Source: Ramazzottius varieornatus
Lineage: Eukaryota; Animalia; Tardigrada
DNA: 64,000 nt
Direction of reading: 5' to 3'
Assembly: GCA_001949185.1 (NCBI GenBank)
Contig: BDGG01000005.1
Span: 993,101 to 1,057,100 of the forward strand
Shown: positions 11,830 to 23,700 of the stretch, in pieces
Numbering within the stretch: position 1 is the first letter of the stretch
Layout: each line of letters begins with the position of its first letter
Made by a program: the position numbers and the translations under genes
The notes under the pieces: generated by a model
The model's database searches: none
Told to the model about the DNA's origin: nothing
What the model saw: only the letters and a program-made list of their open reading frames with translations

Positions 11830-14800
11830 TCACGTCTCTTCCAGTGCTTTATGTAGAAGACTTCTCGGCGGTTTACTCCGCGATCCTTCAGCAGCTTTCC
11901 GCCTGTTGGTTTCTTGCTGACATTCATACTGGTGGATCTCAGCACAAGCATACCGCAGCAAAGCCAGCGGACTGATGGTCACCGTCAAGTGGTAAACCTT
12001 GTCAGAGTGCAGACAGACGGCGATCAGATCGTCCAAGACAAACATACCCTGAAGTCCTCTGGAGAACTTTCTGTCCTTCCACAACTTCCACGTGGTCTCC
12101 CGTCCGCCCAGCATATGAACCAACAGCGCATATGCGTACTTCTTGATATCATTATCCTTACCCTGAGGACCGAAATACGAAGCGATATTCTCCAGGGCTT
12201 TCGTCTTGATGTAGACGTGGTGGCCAGGTCGAAGCTGTGTTCGATCGGGTGCCGGTGTCCGCCAGTACTCTTGTGCTTCTAACAGGGCTACTGTTTCCGC
12301 CTTGGGTCGTTGGTCCAGTTCAGGGAGGTGCCAGCGCGTTATTCCCTTGTCGTACGGCGCCAACTCATTCTTGTAAAACTCCCGTGCGAAAGCTCGAACC
12401 TTGCTGATCGAAACCACTTCCGGTGCTTTGAACAGCTCCACCACGTGTTCTACAAGCAGGAAAACTAAAGCGAACTATGAACCACAGAAACTGTACATTC
12501 GCTCTTACCAATAATAGCTTCGTTAAGAGACGCATCCAAAACCGCCGGACTTCGTCCCGCCTTTCTTCTTTCCAAAGACATCTTCAAGAACGCTTCTTCC
12601 CCACCAACCGCGTGATGAACCAAGATCTTCAAGTAAACGGTCCAGTCTTTGTTTTTTCTCGAAGACTCCGGTCCCATGTATCGTTGGTACTCGGCCAGCT
12701 TGATCTTATCCATGTAGAATTCCGAGTTGAGCGAAAGGCAAGTTCGATGCGGAGCGGGTGTTGTCCAGTAGTTGTAGCCTGGTTTGGCTGGTGGATCTTC
12801 GGCGCCAGGTACCAATGTGAAAAAGCTTGAAGTACTCTCAGGCGGGAACAGGACAGAAGCCATAACGGTTGTGCATTCGGCAAGGTGAAACTTCGGTGCC
12901 CGGCATAGGTGACAGTCCGTTATGTGTGTCCGGAAATCCGACAGGGACATCTCATCCAAACGGAAAGTTTTCTTGGTCCTCACTATCAACATTTAAACAT
13001 TCGATTATAATTACCAGAGACAAAAAATCTGAGATAGAATTATGTGATTCAAAATATGTGATTATGTGATTCAAAATTATGTGCTCCAGCAAACCTGACC
13101 AGATTGTCATCCAAAGTGGCGCAGTCTTCCACTCCGTACCACTAGATAGGTGCGCCACTTGAAAACACGATCTGGTGGAGACTGTTTGCGGAATGCCGAG
13201 CTTCTATCAATAGCCCATTATTAGTAATTCTTACGGTAGACGGCTTCGACGATATCGTCTCCCAGAAGCGCCATTCCGCCTCTTGTGACATGTTTAAGTC
13301 CTTCTCTGTACACATCCATACCGCCAACCACTTCGGCAATGACTTCCATCCCATACCGGCCATAAGGGTTAGCGGTTTGTACTGTCCCGTCCCGGAATCC
13401 TTTCTCTATCTCCGTGAGCCTTTCCTTACTCACGAAGAAGTCGAAGCCGAAAGCGACTTGAGTTTTCTGCGGGTCGGGGTACGAGTTCTGCTTCAAGTGG
13501 TCTCGAAGGAAAAAATCGGACGGTTTCCGACCGCCCACAACGACGCTTCTTTCGTCTTTGTACGACGCATTCATTTTTGGGCGTAGAGCTGCCAAGGTCG
13601 CCTCACGCACATCTCCCGCTTTATCCAGTGAGAACGAATACTGCATATGCTCTACAACGACGAAAGGAACATTAGTATGAATTACTGCAAATATCAATTA
13701 GGTGACTATCGAAGATGTACCAATAACAGCGTCTACGACCCCGCAAACATGGTCCGTCAATTCTTCCTTCGTGATGGGGCAAGTGCCGCTGGCAGAGTAG
13801 CCGAAGCTTCGGACAATTGTCTCACTTCCGCCCAGCAGATGTTCCCCCAGCGCTCTACCATACTTCACACTCTCATCGAACAGCTCTTCTGCCGTTGTCT
13901 CCGAAAAGTTTGGAAGACCATCGAAAAACCCCTTATCGACGAAGACCGTCTTTGCGCATTTCAGCCTTACTCGATCAGGAGCCGACGACATCCAATACTG
14001 TGATGAGAAGATCGTCCCACCGCAAAGCGGGGAATCTCCTGGTACGGAGAGCTGCCCATCGGAAGCTGTGGGAGCCAGTTGACTACTGTCCGACTGTTGT
14101 CCAGACAGTCTGGTTTCTTTTATTTCTTTCCTCAGTAAGGTCCTCACTGCTTTCCGTCTTCTCCTACGCTTTCTTGGTTCCTCGTCGGCAACAACTGAAT
14201 ATTCGACCGGCTCTTTCGAAGCTTCCTCGCTGTCATCCTCCAGTCGTTTCTTCTTGCTCTTCTTATCAGTAAAGGCTTCCTCCGCTTGTCTCTTCCGGAG
14301 CCGTTTGAAAAGCGAGGGGAACGAGCTCTTCTGAAGTGCAGGCTGCTTTCTGGCTTTGGATTGACGTGCTTCTTCGTACCTGTTCTCCTGGTCTTCGACG
14401 AGATGATCCAGCAAGATCTGAAGGTCCAAAGGCGACGTCAGCGTCGTCTTACCCAGCAGTTCCGTCACGAGTGATGTGTCGGCTTTCTGACCACGAACGC
14501 TGAAGGTAGGGATCATGGAGTAGGCTGATGGGTCGGAGGCATCAGTGCGAAACTGTAGGCACAAACACTCGTTAACGACTGCCGTCTGTTCTTTGTAACC
14601 AAGCCTGTAGACTGTGAGGATTCGGTCCTCCTTCCGCACGTCGTACTTCCATCTGGCGCTTTCTTGTCCCACTTTCGGCACAACCAGCATGACGAAATCC
14701 GCGAAGAGACCAGCTTGCCGGTGGAACTTCTCGTAGTCCAATTCCGAATCGCGGCGGCTTTCCTGTGACGCTTTTGTGTTTGAACAAGGAACAGCACCAG

Positions 14801-16872
14801 CGTCGAGGTCGCAGATGTCAGCCATCAACTCGTCCAGCTCTGCATATCTCTTGTGTCGGTGGCTTTGACTGGTGGCTTTGCGAGCTCTATATTCTTCCAG
14901 TAGAGCAGCAAGACGTGCCTTGGCGTACCGAACGTCCAGAGGTATTTCGAAAATCTACAAACAAAAAACATATGTGGAACCAGTCGTTACGCGTATGACT
15001 CGGGAACGTAGGCAGATGAACTGGACCACAAGAATTTTCCAAGTGGCGCACACTTTCGGCTAACAACAAGGAGAACGTGCGCCACTTGGGACAGCAATCT
15101 GGTTTAGTACGTTCAATCGCGTCAGGTTTTACAAAAAGTTGACGAGGCCCTGCCCGCAACTTCACTCGAGTATTCGGAAAAAAATGGCAAAACTAACGCA
15201 CCGACCAGAATATACTCATCGTAGTAAAAGGACCGGACTTAGCTAGCTTACCGCATCGTCATTTATCCTGTCGACGATATCTCTCCACGCATCGCCAGCT
15301 TGCCTTCCCAGTTCATACTGCAACTTGACAGCTTTCGCCAGCAGAACGTCTTTCTCTAAACTGAATTTACGACGTCTTTTTATTTCGCGGCCAGTGTAGT
15401 CCGTTCTCACATTTCCATCTTGTGAAGCTTCGGTAGATTCTCGTTTCAGGAAAATGGGAGCCATACCCAAAATCTGAGCCAAGTGCTCGTCGAGTTTCCC
15501 ATCTCTGTAAGTGTCATCATCTGACGCACTTGCGTTGCGCGCCTTGAACTGGTTCACGAGAACATCGAAGCGATCTCTCACGGCCCGCACATCAAGAGGC
15601 ATTTCGAAGAGCTGCAAGCAAGAAAATTGCAGCAGAATATCATTTCATATTTTGAGGCCATAAACTTACAGGAATAGCATTCAGTTTAGCCACAATCTCT
15701 TTCCATGCTTCGAACTCGAGTCCCTCCGTTTCGAAATCAGGCCGCGACTTGACAGCTTCTGCCAGCAGAATGTCCTTTTCCAAGTTGAACTTTCGACTTT
15801 TTTTCTCTTCACGACCGGCCTTGTCCACTTTTAAGGCTCTGTTTTCTTCCGGTGCGGCAGAGTTACGTCGGGAGGTACTTGAGTCCACGCCTAAAATTTC
15901 CGCAAGCAGCCGATCTAGCTTCCGGTACTTGTCGTCTTTGACCGAGCGGCCGCCATTCGCTTCGCGAGAACTGAATTCTTTCACAAGAACGTCGAAATGA
16001 TTTCTTACTGCTCGCACATCCAGAGGCGTCTCGAAGAGCTATCAAGATACAAAAAAAACTTGAATAGTTAGTTCGACATCGTTAAGGCCCTCGCAAAGTC
16101 GGACCATCTCATGTTAGTCGGTCACCCCCTGATCTCAGGTGTGAAGTCAAGGGTGACCGATAAGGGCTGAATAGTCCGGCTTAGAAAATTTGCCCTCATT
16201 AAGTACGGAACTCCACTCCGCACTTCCCGGGGCCGGAAAGTGGAAACACCTAAATTTGATAACTAAACTGAACGGTAGACCCCGTGAAAACGCATAAACT
16301 TACGGGGATGTCATTCAGAGCCTCGACGATCTCTTTCCATTCTACGTGTGGCACGTCCGACTCGTAGGGATTATGCGACAACACCGCTTCCGCCAACAGA
16401 ACGTCTTTCTCCAAGCCGAACTTGCGCCGGGTGCTCTTTTCTCGAGCAGAATACTCCAGATGTGCAGCCAAGGAAGCAGAGCTCGGATTCATGTCCACAA
16501 TTTCTGTCATTAACTGGTCCAGCTGGTCGTATTTGTACTGGTCGTCTAAGGATCTTGCATTGGTTGCATCGCGCCTGTTGTACTCCTCCAGCAGAGTGAT
16601 GAACCGCAACTGCACCGCACGAGCATCCAGCGGTCTCTCGAAAAGCTATCATCATGAATAATTACGCCGTTGATCAACATCATGTAATAGACTTTGTAAA
16701 CAGTTAATCAACTTACCTCAATAGCGTTCAGCACCTCGGCAATGTCGTTCCACGCATCGTTCTCTCTGCATCCTCCGTACGGATTCCTCGCCTTGACTTC
16801 TTCCGCCAGTAGGATGTCCTTTTCCAGGTTAAAGCGACGTCGATAGCCCTTTATCGTAGGAGCTGCAGCCAT
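11830..16872 (-). CDS. Multi-Myb/SANT-like + multi-BEN-like protein, 1323 aa; exons 16872-16717, 16645-16304, 16038-15670, 15611-15252, 14954-13721, 13651-13235, 12982-12509, 12449-11830
   Basis: All 7 introns are GT-AG and the spliced length (3972 nt) is in frame. Four repeats of R(R/K)FxLEKDxLLAxxV...WxxIxxxLN / FExPLDxRxxxxxFxxL, followed by four repeats of (YW)xxPxxxxL...(V/F)(F/Y)(V/I/M)...LxxHxxGG (BEN-like, repeat 2 most divergent). Confidence 0.8.
13114..13160. repeat. Palindromic N25 element copy 2 (intron 6 of Myb-BEN gene)
   Basis: aagtggcgcag-N25-gtgcgccactt; outer arms ccagat...atctgg. Confidence 0.85.
15041..15087. repeat. Palindromic N25 element copy 3 (intron 4 of Myb-BEN gene)
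   Basis: aagtggcgcac-N25-gtgcgccactt, perfect boxes. Confidence 0.9.
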
Positions 16873-16958
16873 TACGTATACTAAGCTCGGAAAAACGTAA
16901 GCGAAAACTGAAGAGTCGAAGACAACAAAAAAGGTAAGTTCCAAAACGTAATATTATA

Positions 16959-18034
16959 GAGATTGCGAGGACAGGTCAGGTCTCATAAAAAGCCATTCTC
17001 ATTTTCCGGTCTCATGTTTCGCCGGGTCATGGGCCGGCTCGAACACGCTGAAACGCTGCTATTGGTCGGCTTGGAATCCGAGACTTCGATTCTGACATCG
17101 CGCCCGACTGGTCTCATGGAAAACTGAAATTTCAATGAGACCGATTTCTGAGACCGTCCGGTAAATTATCCCCTCTAACTTTTGCGTATCTCTGCGCGTT
17201 CCGGAGCCTGAAGACTACCCCTTTCGTGATTTTGGACCGCAGCGTGCGGTGTCGAACTTCTACAGGGGATTACGACATAACACACACGCATCTAACCTTA
17301 CTTCAGTGGCGCACTTCGAGTTTCACGATGCCCGAGGAATCGCGACTCAAGCTTGGAGATTTGCTATTATCCGTGAACTTCATAGCACCAGGATACTTCC
17401 AGATTACCAGAGGCTAGCAGCCTGGCTAGTCGGCTGACATTCGACGGAGGAGAGTCGCGGTATGACTTTCGGACTGTCATACAACCTCGGTGCTATGAGC
17501 ATTAAGTAACTGCTCAGGATTCGAGCAACCAAGGAGTCTGTGCTGATTCTGCTGCGATATGTGTTCTGCGTTGGTTTGTTTATCCGGGTAGCCAGGCTGA
17601 AGACAGTGGAAATCTCTGCTGAAGTTGCTGAGGTAGAGAAATTTGAACGAGAAAACAGACGTTCCCTGGTGTTGATTTACCAGAAATTGTCTTGCTGTGC
17701 CTCCTTTGACTTCTGTCCTCTTATGCGTATTGTAGCCTCCTTTTTTGTGTCATGAAAAATGTTAAGACTGGAGGCTCTGAGAGAGTCCAAGATGGTCAAA
17801 ACACCATTTACAGATCCAGTTTTTACTTCCGGTCGGCACAGCAATTATTGCGATATGAGAGTGCACAACGTGAGACCGCGAGGCGAAATTCTTCGCATGC
17901 ACAGATACCGACGTCACATTCAACTCTCATGAAGCTTGATTAGGGCGGAGTTGATTTGTTCAAATCTGATACTAGAAACTTAGGGTCGCAAATATGAGGG
18001 CAGTTCATGAGACCAGACGTGTCCTCGCAAACCC
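16959..18034 (+). mobile_element. Non-autonomous TIR DNA transposon copy A (~1.08 kb; GRG termini, TATA flanks, Sola-like)
   Basis: TATA|GAGATTGCGAGGACAGGTCAGGTCTCAT ... ATGAGACCAGACGTGTCCTCGCAAACCC|TATA; subterminal GGTCTCAT/TGAGACC repeats; second copy at 49824-50913. Confidence 0.85.
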
Positions 18035-18879
18035 TATATTATGTTGTATGATGTCATGTCAGGCCGAAGCCAAGGAGGAACGTAATGTGACATAAACACT
18101 TCGACAAGCTGCAGCCTGGATTCTGGAATCTGGAATGGCTTTCTCTTGCATCTCCTCAAAGATCAAAATTCTCTCCCTCCTGTTTTCCGATCCCCTCGGT
18201 CGAGAAAGGCTTCTGGACGCCATTCCAGTCCGAAGAAGGACAACGTAGTGGCGCAACAAGTCGCGCAGAAGCACCTGCACTGCACGGATCAGACCCCGAG
18301 ACCAGGGGGAGGATCATAGGGTAATATCGTAATCCACGCCACCCCCTCAGATTTCGCCCCACGATAGCTCATTCGACAGAACTCGACGAGCTGAATCGAA
18401 TGGCTGTATCCGTTTTGGGAAAATGCATTCTGGGAGGACCGCAGACAAGAAGAAAAATGCCTGTGATTAGAGCTTAGGACGCGGCCATCCCCAACCCCCT
18501 TCCCTCACCTAGACGCTCGTTCACCCTTCCCCACCCCCACCATTACCACTTTGGGAAGAGCCCACCGCTGCAACGGAAACGTGTCTTCCGGCAAAACTAA
18601 TTTCTTCCCCCTGACTCCAAAATGTGTTCTACCGGAAAACGAATGCGGCCATTCGACTCAGCTAGTCAAGATCTGTCGAATGAGCTATCAAGGGGTGAAA
18701 TCTGACGGGGTGACGTAGATTACGATTATACCGATCATCGTATGGTAGGATACCTTCGTCGCGCTTCCTGTCATCCTCTCGTTGTAAGCATCTGCAGGCG
18801 CAGCGTGCTCGACTTATCTTCCGATTGTGAACCTTACTGTTGTCGGCAATATGACAGATATCTTGATAGCCCTCCACCA

Positions 18880-21788
18880 ACCCACTGGACAAGAATGCTT
18901 TAAAGAAAGGCTCATTGTCCTTCTGGAAGTTTACCCATCCCGACAGGTGATCTCCGTGAATTCTACAGACGGTTAATAATATTGGTCATCAGTCTAACGG
19001 CGGGCCTCATCGATCCTCGATGGATGAAATCTTAACGAAGAAGTCGGGCTGCGCCCTAGAGCCCGGACGAGGAGCGAAGAATATCCGTCCTTCCCTACCG
19101 TTCTCTCACGGATTCCATTCCCACGACATGCACGATGCTGATTTCTTTGCGGACTTTGTCATGCTGTGGTTGTGCCAAAGTTTGGACAAGAGAGCGCCAG
19201 ATGGAAGTACGACGTCCGGAAAGACGAAAGAACGCTGACGGTGTACAGTTTGAGCTATAATGACCAGACCGCTTTCGTCAGTGAATGCTTGCATTTACAG
19301 TATTGTTCGGATTCACTCGACCCGTCTTCCTACTCACTCATCCCCACGTTCATATCCAGAGGACGCCTAACTGAGCCGTCCCTCGTGCTGCGTCTGCTTG
19401 GACGGTCTTCGATCACGTCGCCGATGGACCTTCAGACCGTGCCGGACCATCTGGACAACGAGTGCGAAAACAGATATCGTGTTCGAGAACTCGATGTAGC
19501 GGAAGTGCCGCTGCTGTGTAATCTGCAGGTCGTCCGCAGTGGAAGAAAAAGAAAGCCTGTAAAACATAGGTCGGCAGGGTTTCCGGGTGGGGCTAAGGCC
19601 AAAAAGCGGAAAGTAGGCGAGAAGCCATGTACGAAAGAAGCGCCAGATATGGTTGGAACTCTGTCGACTATCCTGGACATAGCAAAGGATGCAATAGCGG
19701 AAGTGTCCACAGAGTCTCCCCACTCCGTAAGGCGCTTGTCGACAGGACCAGCGCATCCACATTCGGGCGGAACAATCATGTCGTCCCAGTACTGGACGAC
19801 TTGTGCACCCAATCGCGAAAGACTCAACAGCGACAAACCCATCTTTGTCGACGCTGAGTTCATCAATGGGCTGCCGGACGTAGTCAATGTTGCGGAAGCA
19901 TTGTGCTGTGACGAGACTATCAGATATGGGCGGGTGCTGCTTGAGCATCTACTGGGCGGAAGTGGGGCTGTCAGACGAAGCTTCGCTTACTGCTCCAGCG
20001 GTACATGTCCCATAACGAAGGAGGAGCTGACGAAGCACGTCATCAATCAAGTTCTCCAGGCAGTTCTCGGTACATGTGTGACATCTGGAACCCAGTGTCT
20101 CTGCTACGAAATACACGATGTTTTTGTTACTGTTGCAGAGCATATTCAACGCTTGTTTGGGACGGGTAGGACAGAAGACGTTCGCGATACAATCCTGTCC
20201 ATTCTGCAACCGAAAATGACAGCTTCGTACGCTGAATTGCCCACTGTCCTCGCGGTCGGTCGGGTCCCGTCGCACACTTTCCTTCGTCCGCATCTGAAGC
20301 ACAACTCCTACCCAGACCCGAAGAAAACTCAACTCGCACACGGTTTTGACTTTCACGTGAACACGAGAAAGCTCCAAGAGATAGTGAGACGCTACACGGA
20401 GGGAGAGCAGAAGCACCTGAAGAACCGCAATGGCAACTTTGGGATGGACGTGGTTGCGGAGCTGGTTGGCGATCTCGACGTGTAAGGGAAGGACTGAAAC
20501 ATGTCCCGAGAGGCTCGATGGACCTACTCGGCGAAGATATTCCAGAAGCCATTTACCGTAAGCTTCAAATGGTTCCTAAGAGTTTCGTTCGGCTTCTGAT
20601 TGACCGTAACTTCCTTATCCGTTCAGGAAGGGCGAAGAAAGTGTTCGATATGGCCAGCAGCGTTACGTTACCTGATTTCCGAAAGCAGATCGCGGAGTGC
20701 AAACGTTCGCGAGGGAACAAAAGTAACGTCGACGAGGGCGGAAAGGTCATGGCTTCAGTTTTGTTCGATCCAAACCCGAAGGCCTGCTGTGGGCGTATTC
20801 CTGACAGCGATGACCCACCAGCGAAACTTGGGTGCAACTACTGGACGACACCCACCCCACATCGAACCCGCCTCTCGCTCAACTCGTCCTTCTATATGGA
20901 CACGGTCAAGCTGGCCGAGTGCCAACGATACATGGGACCCGAATCTGCCAGCAAGAAGAAAGACTGGCATATATACGCGAGGATGCTGGTACAACACGCA
21001 GCCGGTGGGGAAGCAGCCTTCTTTAGAATATGCCTCGAGAGAAGAAAGGCGCAGCTGAAGCTGAATGTTCTCGACGCTCCCATCAGAGACGCCATCATCG
21101 GTATGGTGAGCTCAAACCGCCGTCTGTAGCATGTACAGCAACCTAACTCACTTCTGTTGATGTTGTAGAACATGTGGTCGACCTGTACAAAGCACCAGAT
21201 GCCGTACCTGACAAACTCGTTCGTCCCTTCGTCCTCAATTTCGTGCATTATGACATAAAGCTGTATGACAAGGGAATAACACGATGGTACTTCCCTGAAC
21301 TGGACCAACGACCCAAGGCGGAAACAGTAGCCCTGTTAGAAGCACAAGAGTACTGGCGGACACCGGCACCCGATCGAACACAGCTTCGACCTGGCCACCA
21401 CGTCTACATCAAGACGAAAGCCCTGGAGAGCATCGCTTCATACTTTGGCCCACAGTCCAAGGAGAACTGTATCAAGCAGTACAGTTGCGCCTTGTTGATG
21501 CACATGTTGGGCGGCATGAAAACTGCCTTCAACCTGTGGCAGGGCAAACAGTTCACCGACGGACTTCGGGGCATGTTCCTGCTGGATGACTTGATTGCCG
21601 TATGCTTACACTCAGATGAGTTGTTTCATCTGGCTGTATCCGTCAGTCCGCAGGCTTGTTTGCAGTTCTCCTCTGTTAGAATGATGCGCCACGGTCGGAA
21701 TGAAGTTAGGAACGAAATATGCGCCGCTAACGGAGGTCGACCTCGAGCGGCCAGAAGCTTGTTTCACTTCGCTCTCGGTGTGTCGTAG
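18880..21788 (+). pseudogene. Disabled paralog of the Myb-BEN gene (head-to-head orientation)
   Basis: Collinear homology to 14954-11830 with the same intron positions (69-nt intron 20070-20138 matches 69-nt intron 13652-13720); 2-nt insertion at ~19166; 1-nt deletion giving TAA at 20483-20485; frameshifted Myb half-repeat PLDKNA/KERLIVLLEVY at ~18882-18934. Confidence 0.78.
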
Positions 21789-22099
21789 TATACTTCTCTG
21801 ATCTCATATACTGGATGGCGTTTTCTCGTTTTCTCATATACTGAATATGTTAACTGAATATACTGAACTGTAAAATATGTTTTTGTGCTTGCTGCATTTC
21901 GAATATCATAGCCAATTAATTACTTCCGGTTGTCACCGACTCACCGCATGATGCGATAACATACTAATGACTAAGTAGTGGAACCTCTCCCATTGATTAG
22001 GAAAAGTTGGTCGTACACATGGGTGGAATCCTTAGCTCGGTTCTTGGTACATTGTTCTGTGTCCTTACGTGATTTAGTGATGGGAAATTTCCATCTTTG

Positions 22100-23700
22100 T
22101 GCTCTTCTTTGCAGGGCATATGGGGAGCTCATTTCCGTTGGATCTTACGGGGCACCTGTCTAAGGAAGTTATGGTACTGTTAGGGCCCAACATCGACAAG
22201 TCTTATCGAAATCTGAAGGAGCTCAACACGAAGCACCGCCGAGCATCCGACAGCTACCTTCGCAATCATCTGAAGAAGAGCAGTCATTCGAAGAAGGGCA
22301 ATTTTGAAGTCGCTCATGGCTTGGACTTCTTCATCGAGAGCACAAGTATGACGAAATCGAGATTCGGCATAAGGAGAAAGCAGCCAAAGTACACGAGAAG
22401 CCAAAACTCCGCTACTTGCACGCCCGATTTGTCTTTTATGTCATTCTGGAGGTGATCGGAGGAAAGAAGGGATGGGCTGAAGGGGTTCGTGGTTCAATGC
22501 AGGTGTTCGGGAAAGACCTCACGGAAGCTGCTTTCCGTAAGCAACTGCACACTGATCGATGAAGTTCCTCCGAATGATCAGTAAGCTGACAGAAAATTAG
22601 ACTGATTATATATATAGGTTAGTTCCCTTCTTCTTTCCAGAAAGAACGCAGAAAACGCTTAAAGTGGACGAGGACTACACACTTGACGATTTGTCGAAGG
22701 TGTACAGCGAACACTGTCAGGCGCGACTGATACACCCGGAATTTGCGCCAGCTGATGTGGGTGAGCAAGTGATGGCTCCTGTCCCGTCTCTCCGGCTGTT
22801 GCTGAAACATCTGCAGACCCACCACCGGAATATAGGCGCAACTACTGGACCACACCCGCCTCAAATCGAACTCGTCTGTCGCCCAACTCCTCCTTCTCCG
22901 TAGATACGGTGAAGCTGGCCGAGTACCATGGGCCCTGAGTCCGCACGGCAGAAGAAAGACTTTCATCTGTACCTCGTACACTTGGATGCTGTTACGACAC
23001 GGCATCGGTGGGGAAGAGAGGTTCATGCAAAGCCTTCTGCAACTCTGAAAAGCCGGCAAGCTGTACAATGGCCCGATCAATACTGAGGCTCCGCTGGCAG
23101 CTGCCATTCTCGATATGTCAGACCTAGAAACAGGTCGGGAAATTCTGACTTCCAACATGAAACTTTTGTCTGATTTCGCCTACAGCACATTGAGGACCTC
23201 TTCAAAAATCCCGAAAACATTACCACGAAGAAGATGACAGCTTTGGTGGTCGGCATCTGCAAACGGAAACTGATACAAACCGATAAAAGAGTTTCCCGGA
23301 GCTCGATCGACGTCCAAAGCCGAAAGCAGCACTTCTGATGAAAAAACCAAGAATATTGGCGGGAAGCGGTGCCTCATCGAACGCAGCTTCGACCTGGACA
23401 CCATGTCTACATTCGCACAGAGATACTGGAAAGCTTTTCACTCCATTTCGGACAATCTAAAGAAAACCACAACAAGAGATACGCTACTTATTCACATGCT
23501 GTGTGGGCTAGAAACAGCGTGGACGGTGTGGAATGGCAGACAGTTCTCCGACGGTCTTGGGGAATGTTCCTCTGCGATGATTTGATAGCGGTATGTTTGC
23601 ATGCGGATGGTGTCATTAGATTGTTCCTCCGGAGCATGGGATGAACCGGCAAGAAAGGAAGATCGCAGATGACACGGGTCTTTAACGGTGGACCATCGTG
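22100..23700 (+). pseudogene. Third, heavily degraded BEN-family copy (repeats 2-4)
   Basis: Fragments in shifting frames: SDSYLRNHLKK..EVAHGLDFF, NYWTTP, VKLAEY, PHRTQLRPGHHVYI, LLIHMLCGLETAW, GMFLCDDLIAVCLH. Confidence 0.85.

Noticed and set aside
16118-16160. 10-bp inverted repeat tcggtcaccc/gggtgaccga in Myb-BEN intron 2
   Set aside because: Single occurrence, unrelated to the N25 boxes; insufficient evidence
17226-17437. Short ORFs nearly identical to ORFs at 50435-50646
   Set aside because: By-product of DNA identity between the two TIR-element copies; no transposase motifs seen
18488-18542. C-rich tract (possible G-quadruplex on minus strand)
   Set aside because: Low-complexity sequence with no supporting context
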